DNA of 64,000 nucleotides from Microthyrium microscopicum. Lineage: Eukaryota. Where the stretch lies: contig MU004242.1 of assembly GCA_010405405.1 (NCBI GenBank), forward strand, positions 655,751 through 719,750. Reading direction: 5' to 3'. Position numbers and translations under genes: made by a program. The number at the start of each line of letters is the position of its first letter. The stretch's first letter is position 1. Below, one piece after another: positions 38,161 through 51,623 of the stretch. The notes beneath the pieces are model-generated. The model was not told the DNA's origin and did no database searches. It saw nothing but the letters and a program-made list of their open reading frames with translations.

Positions 38161-40738
38161 TAGTCGAAGATTAAGTGGTATATGGAAGAAATAATACTAG
38201 GGAGTATAGAATGGGGAAATGTGGCTAGTAGCAAATTGTCCGTAGGGTGCTGTCGATGCAATACTTCATCTAAGAAGTACTATCCTACGGTGAGGCGAAT
38301 GGGACAGCCGAGAAAGGGGAGTGTAAGAGGATGATGAATGGAGGTTGATGACGAGTGCTGGCGCGGGTTGTTGATGTTTGGGGCTCAACAATAGAGAGCA
38401 GAGGAACAAAGGATGGAGAAGTAAAGAGGAAGACCTGCGAGGGATGAAGATGTGGCTTTGTTTGTCTCCTGAGTCCTTTTTGGATGTAAAATAGTAGCGT
38501 ATGGGTAATGTAACAAAAGAGTCAGAAGATGGTTGGTTGGTTGAGGTTTGGGAGTTGGGAGGGACACATCACTCAATCTCAACACAAGTAATACCATCAC
38601 TCAACAACTCCAATCGTCTATCTCCAACTCATCATTGATTTTTTCAGCCTCTCGCGCTCTTTCGACCTGGAACTTGGGTTTGATCCTTGATTACTCTCTA
38701 CACTCTCACCTCACCTCAGTCCTTCAAAGGATCTAGCCTTCGATCCTGTTCGCATCGCGAGCCTGTCGTAAGTCTCCTTTGGTATTTTGGTACATAAGGT
38801 AGAGTTGGGGATTGCAGCACAAGTCGCGTGTCGGGGACTGGCACGACTTTGACATGGCTATCCCGGTTATCATGTCTCTTGGGATCAAAGATAAGCTTGT
38901 GAGCTGCCAAATAATGGCAAAGATTGACAGTGTCTGAGTCTCAGAGACGTTGTTGGCCTCTCTTAAATTCTTAACCACCACTGGTACTTGGTTTCACATT
39001 CGCCTCTTAACCACTCAGCTGCTTCTCCTGAGTCCTGACCAGACTCGAGGCTCATATCATACATACTTCATGTACGAGTTGAGTTAGCATCTGGCTACAC
39101 AAGTCCAGTGATATACGGTAGACTTTCTTGCCTTATCATACACTAAACATATATAGGTATATATGTTGAATCGCGTATGGCAAAGCTTAATACATCTCTC
39201 TAGCTAATAGTCGTATCCAAACCCCTCTTGATCACCTCTCATTCGCTGCATAGCAAGAGTCAAGACACCAAGACACTGTACCTCTACCATGCAATATACC
39301 CACGCTCTTTGTTGTCTCTTCCGTCTTCACCAATGATACTGTGATACCATCTCCTGTTTACCTTTGTATACATTCCCCACTCAATCTTCAAGCTATTAGC
39401 TACCTCTTCCTACCAGTTCTTCATGGCCAAAGGTAGCCACGCTACTTCACTATCCCTGTTATCAGTCCTCATGGATCCTGTCCTGGATATCTGCTGCTTA
39501 TTCTGGAAACAATTCGCCAAACCTATCCTTTCTAGGTCTCCGTAATCGGATAGTCGTGATCAACGGTTGTGCTCAACTACCGTGATTTTGGTTACTGGAC
39601 TTCCCTCTAATGCCGGCAACCTTGCCACAGATCTACCCACTACTCTATCACGCGACAATATCATTACATGTCAAATCATTCTCCTTGTCCGACATTTTGG
39701 TTCTAGAGCTTCTTTATGGCTGAATCACTCGCCATGATTGCGACAGCTTGCATCGTCTGGTTTAAAGTTCATCTTTCCGCTTGAACGGTTGGTTACCTAT
39801 TCGTTGGCCATTTATTCGATGCCAAGTATATCCTGATGCTCACGCCCTTGTTTTTGAACCTCACATTGGCAACTCAGTATAGCTTGTAGCGGGCAGTTAT
39901 CATTTCTCATTTGTATCGGTGAAGACGTGGAAAGAATTATGATATTCTTCTACCTATCCCAAGTTACCTTCTAACCACTTTGGGTTTATAACTGACCCAA
40001 CTTGGCTTCCATAATCAACCTCAAGGACTGAAGTAGCTGCAGCATCAAGACCGAAGCTGAACCTTGAATTGACGCTTGATTGCTTCGAAAATCTGACTTC
40101 TGCGTTGGAATTAGTCCAAGGTTTCTGGCGGGCGTACAGTGCCACCTTTGTCGTTTATGACAATTATATTGTTGAAATATTGGAACGAACAAATGTCGGG
40201 CTGTTCGGTGTTCAGAACCATTTCACATCCTACTTGGTTTGAAATTACTTTTCATAGCGCAAATTCATCTTGCTAAACAAAACAATAGTTGGCTTCTAGG
40301 CGGTGAGTTCTACAGTATCCAGCTCTTTGTCTCGACATATATCGAATAAAAGTTATAGCGAACATGGTAATTTGACAATCATCGACATCCCAACTACTGG
40401 TCTGTTTCTATACATTAAGCCCGAAGAACAATAAATGGCTAGCATCATGATCTCTAAGTTTTCGTCTCGTGTTGATCCCAGTCTCGTCCAGTATCGTGTC
40501 TTTCCTTTGAAGGTGTGGCTGCTTGGCACTGGCTCAAGCTGCTTCAATGAACTCGTGGCTGCAGTGAGGCCGAAAGGAGGAAATCCAGTCTGAAGCAAAA
40601 CGATGAATGAGTTGACTTAAAATTGCATGGATGTCATGAGTTAGAAGGAATTTCGCGACTTGCTATCTATCGTCAACTGTTCTTCGCTCACTTCGCGACA
40701 CTTCTAATCATTCGCGTTGATACAACCGACAGGCGAGT

Positions 40739-40930
40739 ATGAAGCTCTCGGTACTTTCCTTTATTGTTGGCTTTTGCCTCCAGATTGCTTTGGGAGATGA
40801 GGCGCATCACCCCTTTGAAGCATTATTGCCTAGTGGTGATAGTACTGCATTCGACATTCAGCTAAAGCTGTTTGACTACCAGCATCTTCTGGTTATCTTT
40901 GGTTCCTTCATCCTGTTTATGTGTGGTTAA
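40739..40930 (+). CDS. Candidate small secreted or membrane peptide (63 aa)
   Basis: ATG start, signal-peptide-like MKLSVLSFIVGFCLQIALG and hydrophobic C-terminus LLVIFGSFILFMCG; no homology recognised. Confidence 0.3.
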   Translation: MKLSVLSFIVGFCLQIALGDEAHHPFEALLPSGDSTAFDIQLKLFDYQHLLVIFGSFILFMCG

Positions 40931-41849
40931 GAGAAGAGCAGAAAGAGAAGGATTAAATATAATCGACAATTCATAAACGCTCAGATACAGGTTCGCAAAT
41001 TCTCCTCGGGTGAATGTGAGCACAGGAAGACGTTACAGTTCGCAATTCAATAACCTGGTCTGTTTAGCAAACCGAAATACTTCGATTTTACTGTTGTTCC
41101 CTAGTAGTCGACTTCAATCACAGTCTGACATTGATAATATAGGGCGAAGTTACCTTCGTGGTACATACACACAGCTAAAAGCACATGGATTGCCCTATAT
41201 GGTATCTGATGCATATTGCGCCGTCTTGGAACTTTAAATTAACTGACAGGTTGAACAGCGAGGTTGACATTCCGATTGGCGAATAGCTTTCTTAATTATA
41301 GCATCGCCGTTGTTTACAGGGCACTATCAACGCTCTCTCAATGGCACTTGACCATCGATATTATGCCCCTGGGTGACATATAATAAGTTCCCCATACTTT
41401 GGCCCCAGAAGTAAGATAGAAATCTAGTACACCTCCAGTACTTTCATATATCAAGTGCGCCAAGTCGCGTGCTAGATCACCCATCCTCGTGTTCATGAGG
41501 CACAAATTAAGGTTTCCCTTTATGGAAAACTTGAAGGATCTTGCGAAGAAACGGTCAATTAGGCACGATCCGAATCCGCCATCCGGGCCTATTAGGTCTG
41601 GCTCTTGCCAATATCCCACGACTTCCCTTGTTGATCGACGTGAAGTCTCCGTGATGGACCCCACAGATCGGAATATAATCTAGAATATAGACAGACTCTT
41701 ATCTCAGCCCATTATTGTCGAATTCAACAACACCATCTCATTCTTTCCCACCAGTATAACAACGGTTGTTGCAAAACACAACCTTAGCTCTCGCTTATTG
41801 GACTCACACTCATTTAAAATGAACAGAGGGTAACAAAGCATTGCAGACC

Positions 41850-44800
41850 ATGCAGAAAACTCTCATTTTCCTATCATGTGCAGTGATATCGCACTCACTA
41901 TCGTTGCCGGACTTGCATGCTAGGATCCAGAATGACACAGTCCTGACTCATATCGACGTTTCTAACGACACCAGCGACATTAGTACTGATCACTCCAGAT
42001 ATAGTATTGACATACAGAAACCCAGGCTGGTAGACGATGACGAAAAGGAACCAGCTGTTTACAATGTTATCGCAGATGCTGAATCAGCCGAGAACTTCGA
42101 TGACGATCTGATGGATAACGTGCTGGTGGCAGATTCAATTGAGGCCGAAAGTGCGCCTCCTCCAAGAGGTGGTGGTGGTGGTCGGTCTGGAGGAAGCGCT
42201 CCAAGAAGTAGTGGCAGTAGCGGTGGTAGTCGTGGCGGAGGAAGCTCTCCAAGACCTAGCGCTCCGCGTTCAGGAGGGAGTAGGGGGAGTTCTGGAGTAA
42301 GTTCTCCTCGATCTGGCGGCAGCGCTCCGCGTGCTGGTGGGAATGCTGGTAGAGGCGCTCCTCGATCTGGGGGCAGTGCACCGCGTGCTGGAGGCAGTTC
42401 TGGTGTAAGTGCCCCTAGGTCTGGGGGTAGCGCACCACGTGCCGGGGGAAGCACTCCAAGACCTGCGCGGTCAGGATCTGGGAGCAGTGCTCCACGGGCT
42501 GGAGGGAGTTCTGGTGGAACTTCTCCTCGTTCTGGGGGTAGTGGGATCAGTTCTCCTCGAACGGGGAGTGGTTCCAGTAGCCCACCTCGGTCGGGCGAAA
42601 GTCACAGTGGCTCTCCAGCTAACAGTCATCAGAGCAGCCCGGTTTCTGGTGGTCATCAAGGATCCTCATCATCTAGCGGCATTCGAGGAGGTAGTCCGAG
42701 CTCTCCATCGTTAGGAGGTTCTCGACCTAGCAGTGGTCAAAGCAGTCCAGCTATCGGTGGCTCATCAAGACCTGGTGGTAGTTCTGGATCTTCTGGCTCT
42801 TCGCCAATCATTGGTGGTTCATCTAGACCTGGAAGCAATTCTGGATCCTCCGGCTCATCCCAACCAAGACCAAACTCACCTCAATCAAACAATAATGGGG
42901 GAAGACCACAACCCGTTCAACAAGGCGGAGGGAACGCCCCAAGTAATCAAAGTCCCCAAAGTCGCCCACAAGGTGGAGGGCAATTGATATCGAGGGTCAC
43001 AGTCGGCGGATCTAGAGGGCCCAGTGGTGCCACTGGGGTTCCTGGAGCTAATAACGGTGGTGGCTCTCCAGGGGGAAGCAACAATGGAAATCCTGGGTCC
43101 GGTAGTCTATCAAATCCACGAGGAGGTAATAACTCACCTCAGCCGGGATCAAATCCAGGAAGGCAGACTGTGACCATGACTAGGGGTGGTTCACAGCCTA
43201 CCTCTGGCGCGGGAAGGCCCCAGGGCAGCAACCCAAGTGGCCAAGGCGGCTTTGGAGGCCAGAGTGGCCCAGGAAGTTCTCAAAACAGCAATCCAAGTGG
43301 TCAAGGCGGCTTCGGAGGTCAGAGTGGCCTAGGAAATCCGCAAAACAGTAATCCAAGTGGCCAAGGTGGATTTGGAGGTCAGAATGGCCCAGGAAATCCG
43401 CAAAACAGCAATCCAAGTGGCCAAGGTGGATTTGGAGGTCAGAATGGCCCAGGAAACCCGCAAAACAGCAATCCAAGTGGGCAAGGCGGATTTGGAAGCC
43501 AGAATGGTCCAGGAAATCAAAATGGCTTTGGTAGTTCAGGCGGACAAAGTGGTGCCGGAAATCCAAACGGTCCTGGCGGCTTCAGTGGGCAAAATGGTCC
43601 TGGAAACCCAAATGGCCTCGGGGGTCTTGGTGGGCAAAATGGTCCTGGAAATTCAAATGGCATAGGAAGTTTTGGTGGCAAGAGCGGTTCCGGAAATCCA
43701 AATGGGCCAGGAGGTCTGAGTGGACAAAATGGTCCCGGAAATCAAAACGGCTTTGGTGATCGAGACGGAGCTAAAAGTGGAAGCCCACTTGGTACAAGAC
43801 CGCAAGGCCAGCCCAATTCACCATCCAACAACGACAATACTGGGCTGGGCTCGAGGCCTCAAGCAGGTATGCCAGACAGACCAAGGGACAATGGTCTTGG
43901 TGATAGGCCAAAAGACACTGGACGTGGAGATGGCAGACCAGGAGAACCTAATCGACCTGGAAGTGATGTTCGCGGAGATAGACCTAAGGAGCCTGGAAGA
44001 GGAGACAGACCTCAAGGAAGTCCTGACAGACCAAGAGAGACCGGACGACCTGGAAGTGACCTTCGAGGAGATAGACCAGGCCCGAGAGGAGGGAATCCCA
44101 ACGATAACGGGAACCGGAGGCCGGATCCAAGACCCAACAACGGCGGTGGTAGAGGCAATGGATCGCCGCCGCCACGTAGCACATTTCGGCCTGGGCCTTC
44201 TAGAACAACTTGGACCACTTATCACTCAAAGACATGGACACAAACTCCCACGGCTAGGCCGAATGCTCCAGATGACTTCTGCTTCTGTCAACCAGTTCAG
44301 TGTCCACAGAGAGGGTCAGAAGGTTGTGAATGTAGACAAAGAGCAGCTCTCTTCTGTGGAAATCGACAGAGAGGTCAATGTCGAGCTCCATACGTGGAGC
44401 AATGCGAGAATTATGGCTACCGAGCACCACCAGTCAATTTCCAACCACAGCCTTATACTCGAACATACACCAGTGTATACAAGTCATGGGATCCCTATCT
44501 TGGTAATGGTATACCACCTCCAGACTGGCCATTTTCGTACATCATTTCGGTTGGTACAACTCTTGAAGTTCCTCCATGGTATCAGCCTTACGGAATCGGT
44601 CACCCTTATACTCAGTATCCAGGATATCCCGCGGCTCCTACAGTATACCCAGATCTTCCACTTGCTCCACCTCCTGCAAACATACCTATAACTGTCACGT
44701 TGCCAGTGGTTTCCACGGTCACAGAGACTATGGTATACCAGGACACGATAACCTATACTCAAGACTATCTGACTACATACTTGATCACGACCACAACAAC

Positions 44801-45873
44801 GATACAGCCGGAAATAACTCAAACCATCTACTCTTCGATAACCGAAGCCCCAGTTACAGTGACGGAACAGATACCCGAGATTATAACTGTCACCGAGGAG
44901 CCGCGACAAGATCAACTGCCAACAGTGACACAAACGTGGATAGATGGCTCAACCCAAACTGTCACCAATTCAGAGACAGTACATATCACCGAAACTATGC
45001 CAGGCTCAACGCAGACGGAAACCGTATATATGACTGGAACGAGTCCTTCTCAAGCGCAAACTTGGCAGCCCTCGTCTGAGATACCTCCGTCCTTGACATC
45101 AATGACCTCAAGTGTAGTATCGCCTTCAATGCAAGTGACTAGTCAAAGTACGCCAGCTATAACTCCGCCCCCCGGACCACCACCAATTGGCCCAGCACCG
45201 CCAGGCGTTGCAAGGACAACCATTTCAATACCTGGCGAAACTATAGAAGTCCCAGGACAACAGGTGATAGTTATTCCCGGCTCCACAGTCGTAGTCACCG
45301 AATGGCCGCCACAGGGAGCCGGAACTGATATGATACTACCACCCGGCGCTTCAATAATTGGTATCGACAAGGGTGATTCAACACTGGCCTCTGCTGTGGC
45401 TACCACAACTACCACAGGTGGATGGACGGCAGTAAATCCGGAAAGAGAGTATACACCAGAGCCGGAGCCTCCGAGAGCAACACCATTTTTCGAACCACCA
45501 ACTGGCCGAGATGCTGGAGTTCCGATCGTGGATGTGCCTGAAAAATGCGGTCCAAACAGTCCAAGATGCCCTGATAATACTTACTGTGATCGCCAGCTTG
45601 GCTGCGATGCATCAGTTGCTTGTCCTGGATTATGTCTTCCGGTAAGTGAAGGAGATCGTCGGATATGTACAGGCTCTGCGACTAACCAACGCTTAGGTTT
45701 TTGGAGGGCAGTTCTCTTGGCCAGAGAGAGAAAGAAGGCAAATATGTGAGAACTCCTGTGACCATCTGCAAACGTATCTAACATCAAAAAGGGGACAAGG
45801 CAATGAGCGATGGAGTATATCGATATATTGTGACAGTGACGCAGGTCAGGTATATACCTCAAGAGGAGGCTAA
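41850..45873 (+). CDS. Large secreted low-complexity repetitive protein (Gly/Ser/Asn/Pro/Thr-rich, two Cys clusters)
   Basis: About 1,300-codon ORF with signal peptide MQKTLIFLSCAVISHSLS. A likely intron at 45642-45696 (GTAAGT...CTAAC...TAG) moves the stop from 45749 to 45873. Confidence 0.85.
43230..43520 (+). repeat. Coding minisatellite, 5 x 60 bp (NPSGQGGFGGQNGPGNPQNS)
   Basis: Units start at 43230, 43290, 43350, 43410 and 43470; degenerate 45-bp units follow to about 43760. Confidence 0.9.
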
Positions 45874-46081
45874 AAAGGCGGAACGAACCCTTTCGACATT
45901 TTCTAAGGTGGTGAAATCAGCAAAGAAGCCTGCGGACTGATGTCAGCTAAGTACGAACCTTTCCTTGAGTAAACGAGCAAATAAGACATCATTAGTATGA
46001 ACTGTATTGGCGAAGTCCTAGCTGAGATTCTTTTTGCAAGTGTGAAGCTTGACCTAGCGTATTTGGAAACACATAACATGC

Positions 46082-48898
46082 TCATGTATTAGCCCGAGGA
46101 TTACGCTTGATCTCCGCAAAGAAGCCAGTCAAACCTCTGGCAGCCTCCTGTACATTCACAGCTGGTTTGATGCTCTCCTTCATCCAGCCTGGAAGCTTTT
46201 TCTGGACCCGATCTGTCGCATATCTTCGATCTACCAGTAAGACTGCTGCATAATCACCCCGGTGTCGAATAGCCCGACCTACAGCTTGGTTAACTGCGCG
46301 CATGGTCGCATTTTCATAGAACTCGCGTGCAGCCGCTTTGCCAGCGGCGACCTGTGCAGTGCCGTTAGAAGATGAGCCAGGGGCTGCGTCGACTTTGGAT
46401 GCAATATATTGCATTTTGGCTGTCCACTCGGCGCCGTGAGGATTGGGATATGGCAGACCGAAGACTACTACAGCGCGTCCTAGATCATCCGAGAAGTTGA
46501 TACCTTCGGATAGGCTGCCGGAAATGACTGCAAGCAACACTGCGCCTTTACCGGAGCGGATAGCGGCAGTATATGATGGAAGCAAGGCCTCTGTTGAGGA
46601 TGCGTCTTTGGTAGACGTGGAGAGAGATGTGGACTTTGCCTCGTGGAAAATGGGCTTGATAGTTGAAATTGCAGCCCAGATTGACCTACCCGAGACAGTG
46701 GAAGGTGTCATTTTCCAGGCTTTTATACAAGTTTCAAGGAATGCATAGCTTGGGAAAAAAGCCACCACACCATCCGGAACGGTCGATATGAAGCTCACAA
46801 GGGCTTCGCCGGCTGCTGATATCATTTTGTTGTCTTTGCGTGCTGAAAACGTAAAGTCGAACTCTAGCCCGCTGGCAGCGTGTGTTATCGGGTATACACT
46901 CAAGCTGGTTGCTGGAACGATATGACTACAGGAAAGTGTTGATAGACGCTCCGGCGATACGTAAGGAAACAAGTGTTGTTTGTAGTCTTCCATTGGTGAC
47001 ATGGTCCCGCCAGCAAGAATAACTGCGCGAGCTTCCTGGACGATCTCCTTGAAGTGGTTGGTAGGATCCAGTAACATATACCGGATAATGAGATCTTGAT
47101 CTTCTTTGATAAAGAAGAATCTGCCCTCTGCTGATGGATTCATAAGCGCGGCCATGAATGATTGCAAATGCATCAAGACAGGCATAGATGTGTTGCGCTC
47201 ATTGGAGGCAGCTGTTGAGGTTGAGCTTTGCTCCTTGGCTAGATGGTTGGCATATCCGTCAATTTTTCGAGCCAATCGACTCTCTGAAATGTAGGCGTTG
47301 AGCTTGAAAAGATCAATTTGATCTACGTTCTTCCCTGCTAGTAGCTCGTCGACTCGACATATCTCTTCAGTACCTATTTTGCTGCCGTCTTTGGACTTTG
47401 AGAATGCTATCAAGCTATCCATGACTCGGATTGTTTGTGCGACATATACACGATTTTGGCCCTTGAGACGATTCTTGAACTTTTGCAGATAGATCATGAG
47501 TTGCTGTCTTCCAAGCTGAAGTTGAGACAACGAGATCGAACTCGAGTATATACCACATACAGCATCCATCAAGTTGTGGGCTTCATCGATGATGACAATG
47601 TTATCCTTCAGACAAATGCTCAAGGCATCTCGAGCGGATTTCTGCAGAAGAAGTGGATAAGGAAGAGTCACGATCTCGGAAAGTTGGATGGCTGGTCGAG
47701 AGGCATAATAAGGACAAATGCACATTCGTTTCCCAAGCTTTCCCAGATCTTCAATGTCTCTTATCTTTGCGAGAGCGTGATCGCGGAACTTGTTGATAAT
47801 GGGCTCATCTTCCTTTTTCGGCAGGTAGGGACATTTCTTATCTTCGGGTGTACCGACCTTTTGCAGGTCCAGACATTTTTCGTTGATAGCCGTATTGCCT
47901 CCCAAGTTTGAGACCTTAGCATTGATGCAGAGGTTTTTGCGTGATCCCAAGGTGAGATGCCGCAATGACTCGGCAACATTGTCTGGACTTATACCAATAG
48001 CGTCTCCGTGGAGATCTGGCTGAATGACCGGTGGTAGGTTGACTTTCCGCAGCTCTGAGACAAATTGGGTCAATTGCGAGTGAGTTCGTGAGCAGTAGTA
48101 AATGATAGGACCCTCTTTCTCTTCTAGGTCGTCTTCCTTCTGAGACATCACTCCTAAGCGATCAAGCAATGAGAGAGTGTCTTTTGACAAGCCCAAAGTA
48201 GCCAGCGGGTTTGTCGAACGACCGTTCCGCTGTTCATCGCTGTCGTAATCGTCAAGAAGATATGAGTCGAGGTTTTGATCCTTATCATTGCTATCCGAAA
48301 TGATTTTCTTCTGACTTTTAGGTTTGGTCTCAACAAAAAGCTTTATTCAATTACTGACCCGTCTTTTGTTTGATGGTTCGTCCTCAGAATATTTCTCGAA
48401 AGCTCTAGCTTCTCTTTCTCTTGCTCTTGCAAGTCGTCGCTCGCGTGCTTCTCGTGCCTGCAAAGCGTCTCGTCGTCTCTCTTGTCTAGCATTTTCTAGT
48501 ACCCAATCCGGCTCGTCTGTACTCTACAAATAGTCAGCAACGCTGAATGATGCAACTTGATACAGTATACAAACAGCATCGACGTGCATGGAATCATCGA
48601 ATTTGCGTCGCTTGTGATCTCGAAGCCATGTCAAAGCTCCACAAATCAGACTTAACGACTTGCCCTATGGAGACTTTCAGCAATCGTCAAGGAGGTGTCA
48701 ATGATCAGCATATTTTTACTGTGCCTAGCCGATTTTAGTGGGGGCACTTTGGAGGAGATTAGATATATAGGTACCTGTTGGTGACTCGAAAATGGCAACC
48801 TTGGAATCTTCTATGGCCTCGTACAGTGCAGTCATAAACTGACGCTGAATGTCATAAGGCTCAAAAGGAAAGTTGAATGAATCAGACTTTGACTCCAT
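46082..48898 (-). CDS. CHL1: Fe-S DNA helicase Chl1/DDX11
   Basis: [18 protein letters not shown] (spliced), [64 protein letters not shown]. Confidence 0.96.
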
Positions 48899-48990
48899 TG
48901 TAATCGATTATTAGCAGCAGCTATGTTTCGCCGTATTAATGGACATGTAGTTGGGCAGGAACGTGCTACTTTTGCATGTGGAAAACGTGG

Positions 48991-49024
48991 ACGCGACGCG
49001 TGTGGCGCGTCAAGCTAAACGCGA
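48991..49024. promoter_or_regulatory. MCB-like element cluster in the CHL1 promoter
   Basis: ACGCGA, ACGCGT, GCGCGT and ACGCGA within 34 bp, about 100 bp upstream of the ATG of an S-phase helicase. Confidence 0.6.
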
Positions 49025-50641
49025 TAGCAGGTGACGCAATTAGTCAACACTGATCATTGAAGTGATCAACGCCAAACGGACTGGCAAAATAAATGGCGCG
49101 CTCCCCATCAGCCTCGCTGCCTCGCTGGCTGCCATATGTTACGTTCTTTCATCGAGTGCTTTATCTGTCAAAGACTGTTTGAACTTCTCGGCCCTTTGTC
49201 GAACACGATGGGAAACATAGCATATTTTCTTTAGTAGTGTTCATGGGAGCCAGCGAAGTTGATGGGAGAAGGCTCGTTAGTTTGTCAATTGTCATGCAGT
49301 TGGGAGCTCAAGAGCTACTTGAACGAACCCCGCCTGGCGCTTCCTCAAAAGAATCGCCTTGACGTTTGATTTGATTTGATCTGAAGACTGCAGGCGGGGA
49401 GCATGGAAAACAACCAAGAAGGGCCTTCTTTCCTCTAGTCCATTATGTACTTACCAGTACTCGGGCTGCTTGCAGGCGTGCATCGCCACTGATTGCTTTT
49501 GGCGGGGAATCTTGGTGCATCAACGCTGTTGATAGGAACTTCTTCTCCATCATTTCCAGCACTACTCTACCTACCTCTCGGTATTATTATCAACTACTAC
49601 CTCTTACTACTACTACATACTACCCAAAAACATAACAAATTCATCCAATTTCATCGTCTCATGTTTCAACACGCGCTACGCCAGTGCCCATCCTTTCCGT
49701 CTGTTCTACTCCTAAACCATCCTGTCAAGCTTGTTTACCTTGTCCGCGCATCATTGTCTGGCGCCTAGCTGTCTTGTCTGTCCTCCCACAAGCTACTGGC
49801 TACGAAAACGTCACGGACAGCATCCCAGAAGCTGTGCGCACGGCTGCTGGCATTCAGAGACAAGTCTGCGGAATTTCATCTCCTAGAGGTTCCTTTCATC
49901 TAGCCCCTGGCCACATCGCCAGACCCACGCCGCCTTGGTTGCTCAACAAACCTTCGTGACCCTTGTCAGTCACCAGTGTCAACTGTGTCGCTGGTGCTGG
50001 TCGGTGTACTTGACGGTGGTTGCTTTCTGTCACAGAGCAAAGCCATTCTACTACCTGTTACTACCTACTGTACTCTAAGCTGTTTCTGTCCCTTTCCCGT
50101 CGTCCGCCGCATGTTCGCAGCTCGGGAAGCCTCCGAATCTGCAAACCACTGAAACCCGCATATCAGCCATTGCATTTGATGGGAGCCACCGCTTCTTCTT
50201 CCAACCATCGGAGCTGTTGGGCTTGCCCCGCGATCTAGAGTGTGCGCAAACTTGGACTTTTTTTTGCTTTTGGCCCAGTTCACTCTCGAGCTTTGAGACA
50301 TCACGGCCCTGTGCTGATCCAAATCCCACTCTGCAAATTTCTCGGCGCGGCAAATACTCATACATCTACAAATCTAAACAACAATACAGTCAAGATTCTT
50401 TGGGCGCCATAATCTCATTCCCGTCAAATCTAGCAGGGACGGGAGCACAAAACCAGTCGACACACTATTTTCGACAAACCGGGACACCCTAGGAAACCTA
50501 GATCTCTAGCTGCACCACTGGGCTTTCAGAGGCCTCTTTTACCTCATCACAGTGCACATCCTTTATCCTACCAGCTCAGCAGTCATCAAATCGAGACCGT
50601 CGCTCATCATCGTTGCGAGCCTTCCCGGACCCACCGCCGCC

Positions 50642-51623
50642 ATGGCTGGCCTTTTCAAACGCCTATATGATTGGCTTCTGCGCATGTTCTGGTATGTCTT
50701 CCTCTGTATTATATGATCGCCCTTTGATCATGATGGACTTCCGTTGCGAAAACAACCCTCGGCAACAGGTGTCTTGTTTTGGCAAGGGTTCCGCATTGTC
50801 TACCAACCATCTCATACCAACAGCACCTTCAACCGCCTGTAAATATACGGCAATGGATGCGCTGACAGTTTTTGCTTCGTAGGCAGACAGAGCTGGATAT
50901 TACGATGATAGGGTTGCAGAATGCGGGGAAAACTTCGTTGTTGAGAGTTCTAGCGGTGAGTCCTCATGCCGAACCTTCCTTTTCTGTGTTGAGTCGTCTG
51001 ACATTTGAACCAGGGTGGCGAATTTACGATAGAGTGAGTTACATTTTGTCGTCCTTTGGGGCAACATGTTGTTGTTGTAACGATGAAGTGATAACTAACT
51101 TGAGTCTGCAACAATTAGCACCATTCCCACGGTTGGATTCAACATGAAAAAAGTCCAACAGGGTCATGTAACCCTGAAATGGTAGGTCTTGCGACTCAAA
51201 AGCAAACACATCCGCTCATAACAATCGTAGTTGGGACCTTGGCGGACAGCCAAGATTCAGACCAATGTGGGAGAGATATTGCAAAGGAGTCAACGCCATA
51301 GTGTAAGCCTGACTGATTCGTTTTGAGATCCGGTGCTGACATTCTTGAGATTCATTGTCGATTCGGCTGATCAAGCTGCGTTACCAGTCGCAAGGGAAGA
51401 ACTCCATTTGCTTCTGGAAAAGCCATCACTCGATGGGATACCTCTCTTGGTCCTAGGAAACAAGTCCGACTTATCGCATCATCTTTCAGTTGATCAGTTG
51501 ATCGAAGTGCTCGACTTGAAATCCGTTTCGAAGAGGGAGGTCAGCTGTTATGGCATCAGTGCCAAAGAAGAGACGAACCTCGACGCGGTTTTAAACTGGT
51601 TGATCTCCCGGTCGGCTCGATAG
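50642..51623 (+). CDS. ARL8: Arf-like GTPase Arl8
   Basis: Six exons giving [17 protein letters not shown]...GLQNAGKT...PTVGFN...[11 protein letters not shown]...GNKSD...CYGISAK. Confidence 0.93.

Noticed and set aside
43720..44691. 323-aa alternative-frame ORF inside the repetitive protein gene
   Set aside because: Best explained as a shadow of biased, repetitive codons; no independent coding signal.
50692..50882. Possible C/D snoRNA in ARL8 intron 1
   Set aside because: C box is imperfect (ATGATGG), the CTGA is the branch point, and there is no convincing terminal stem.
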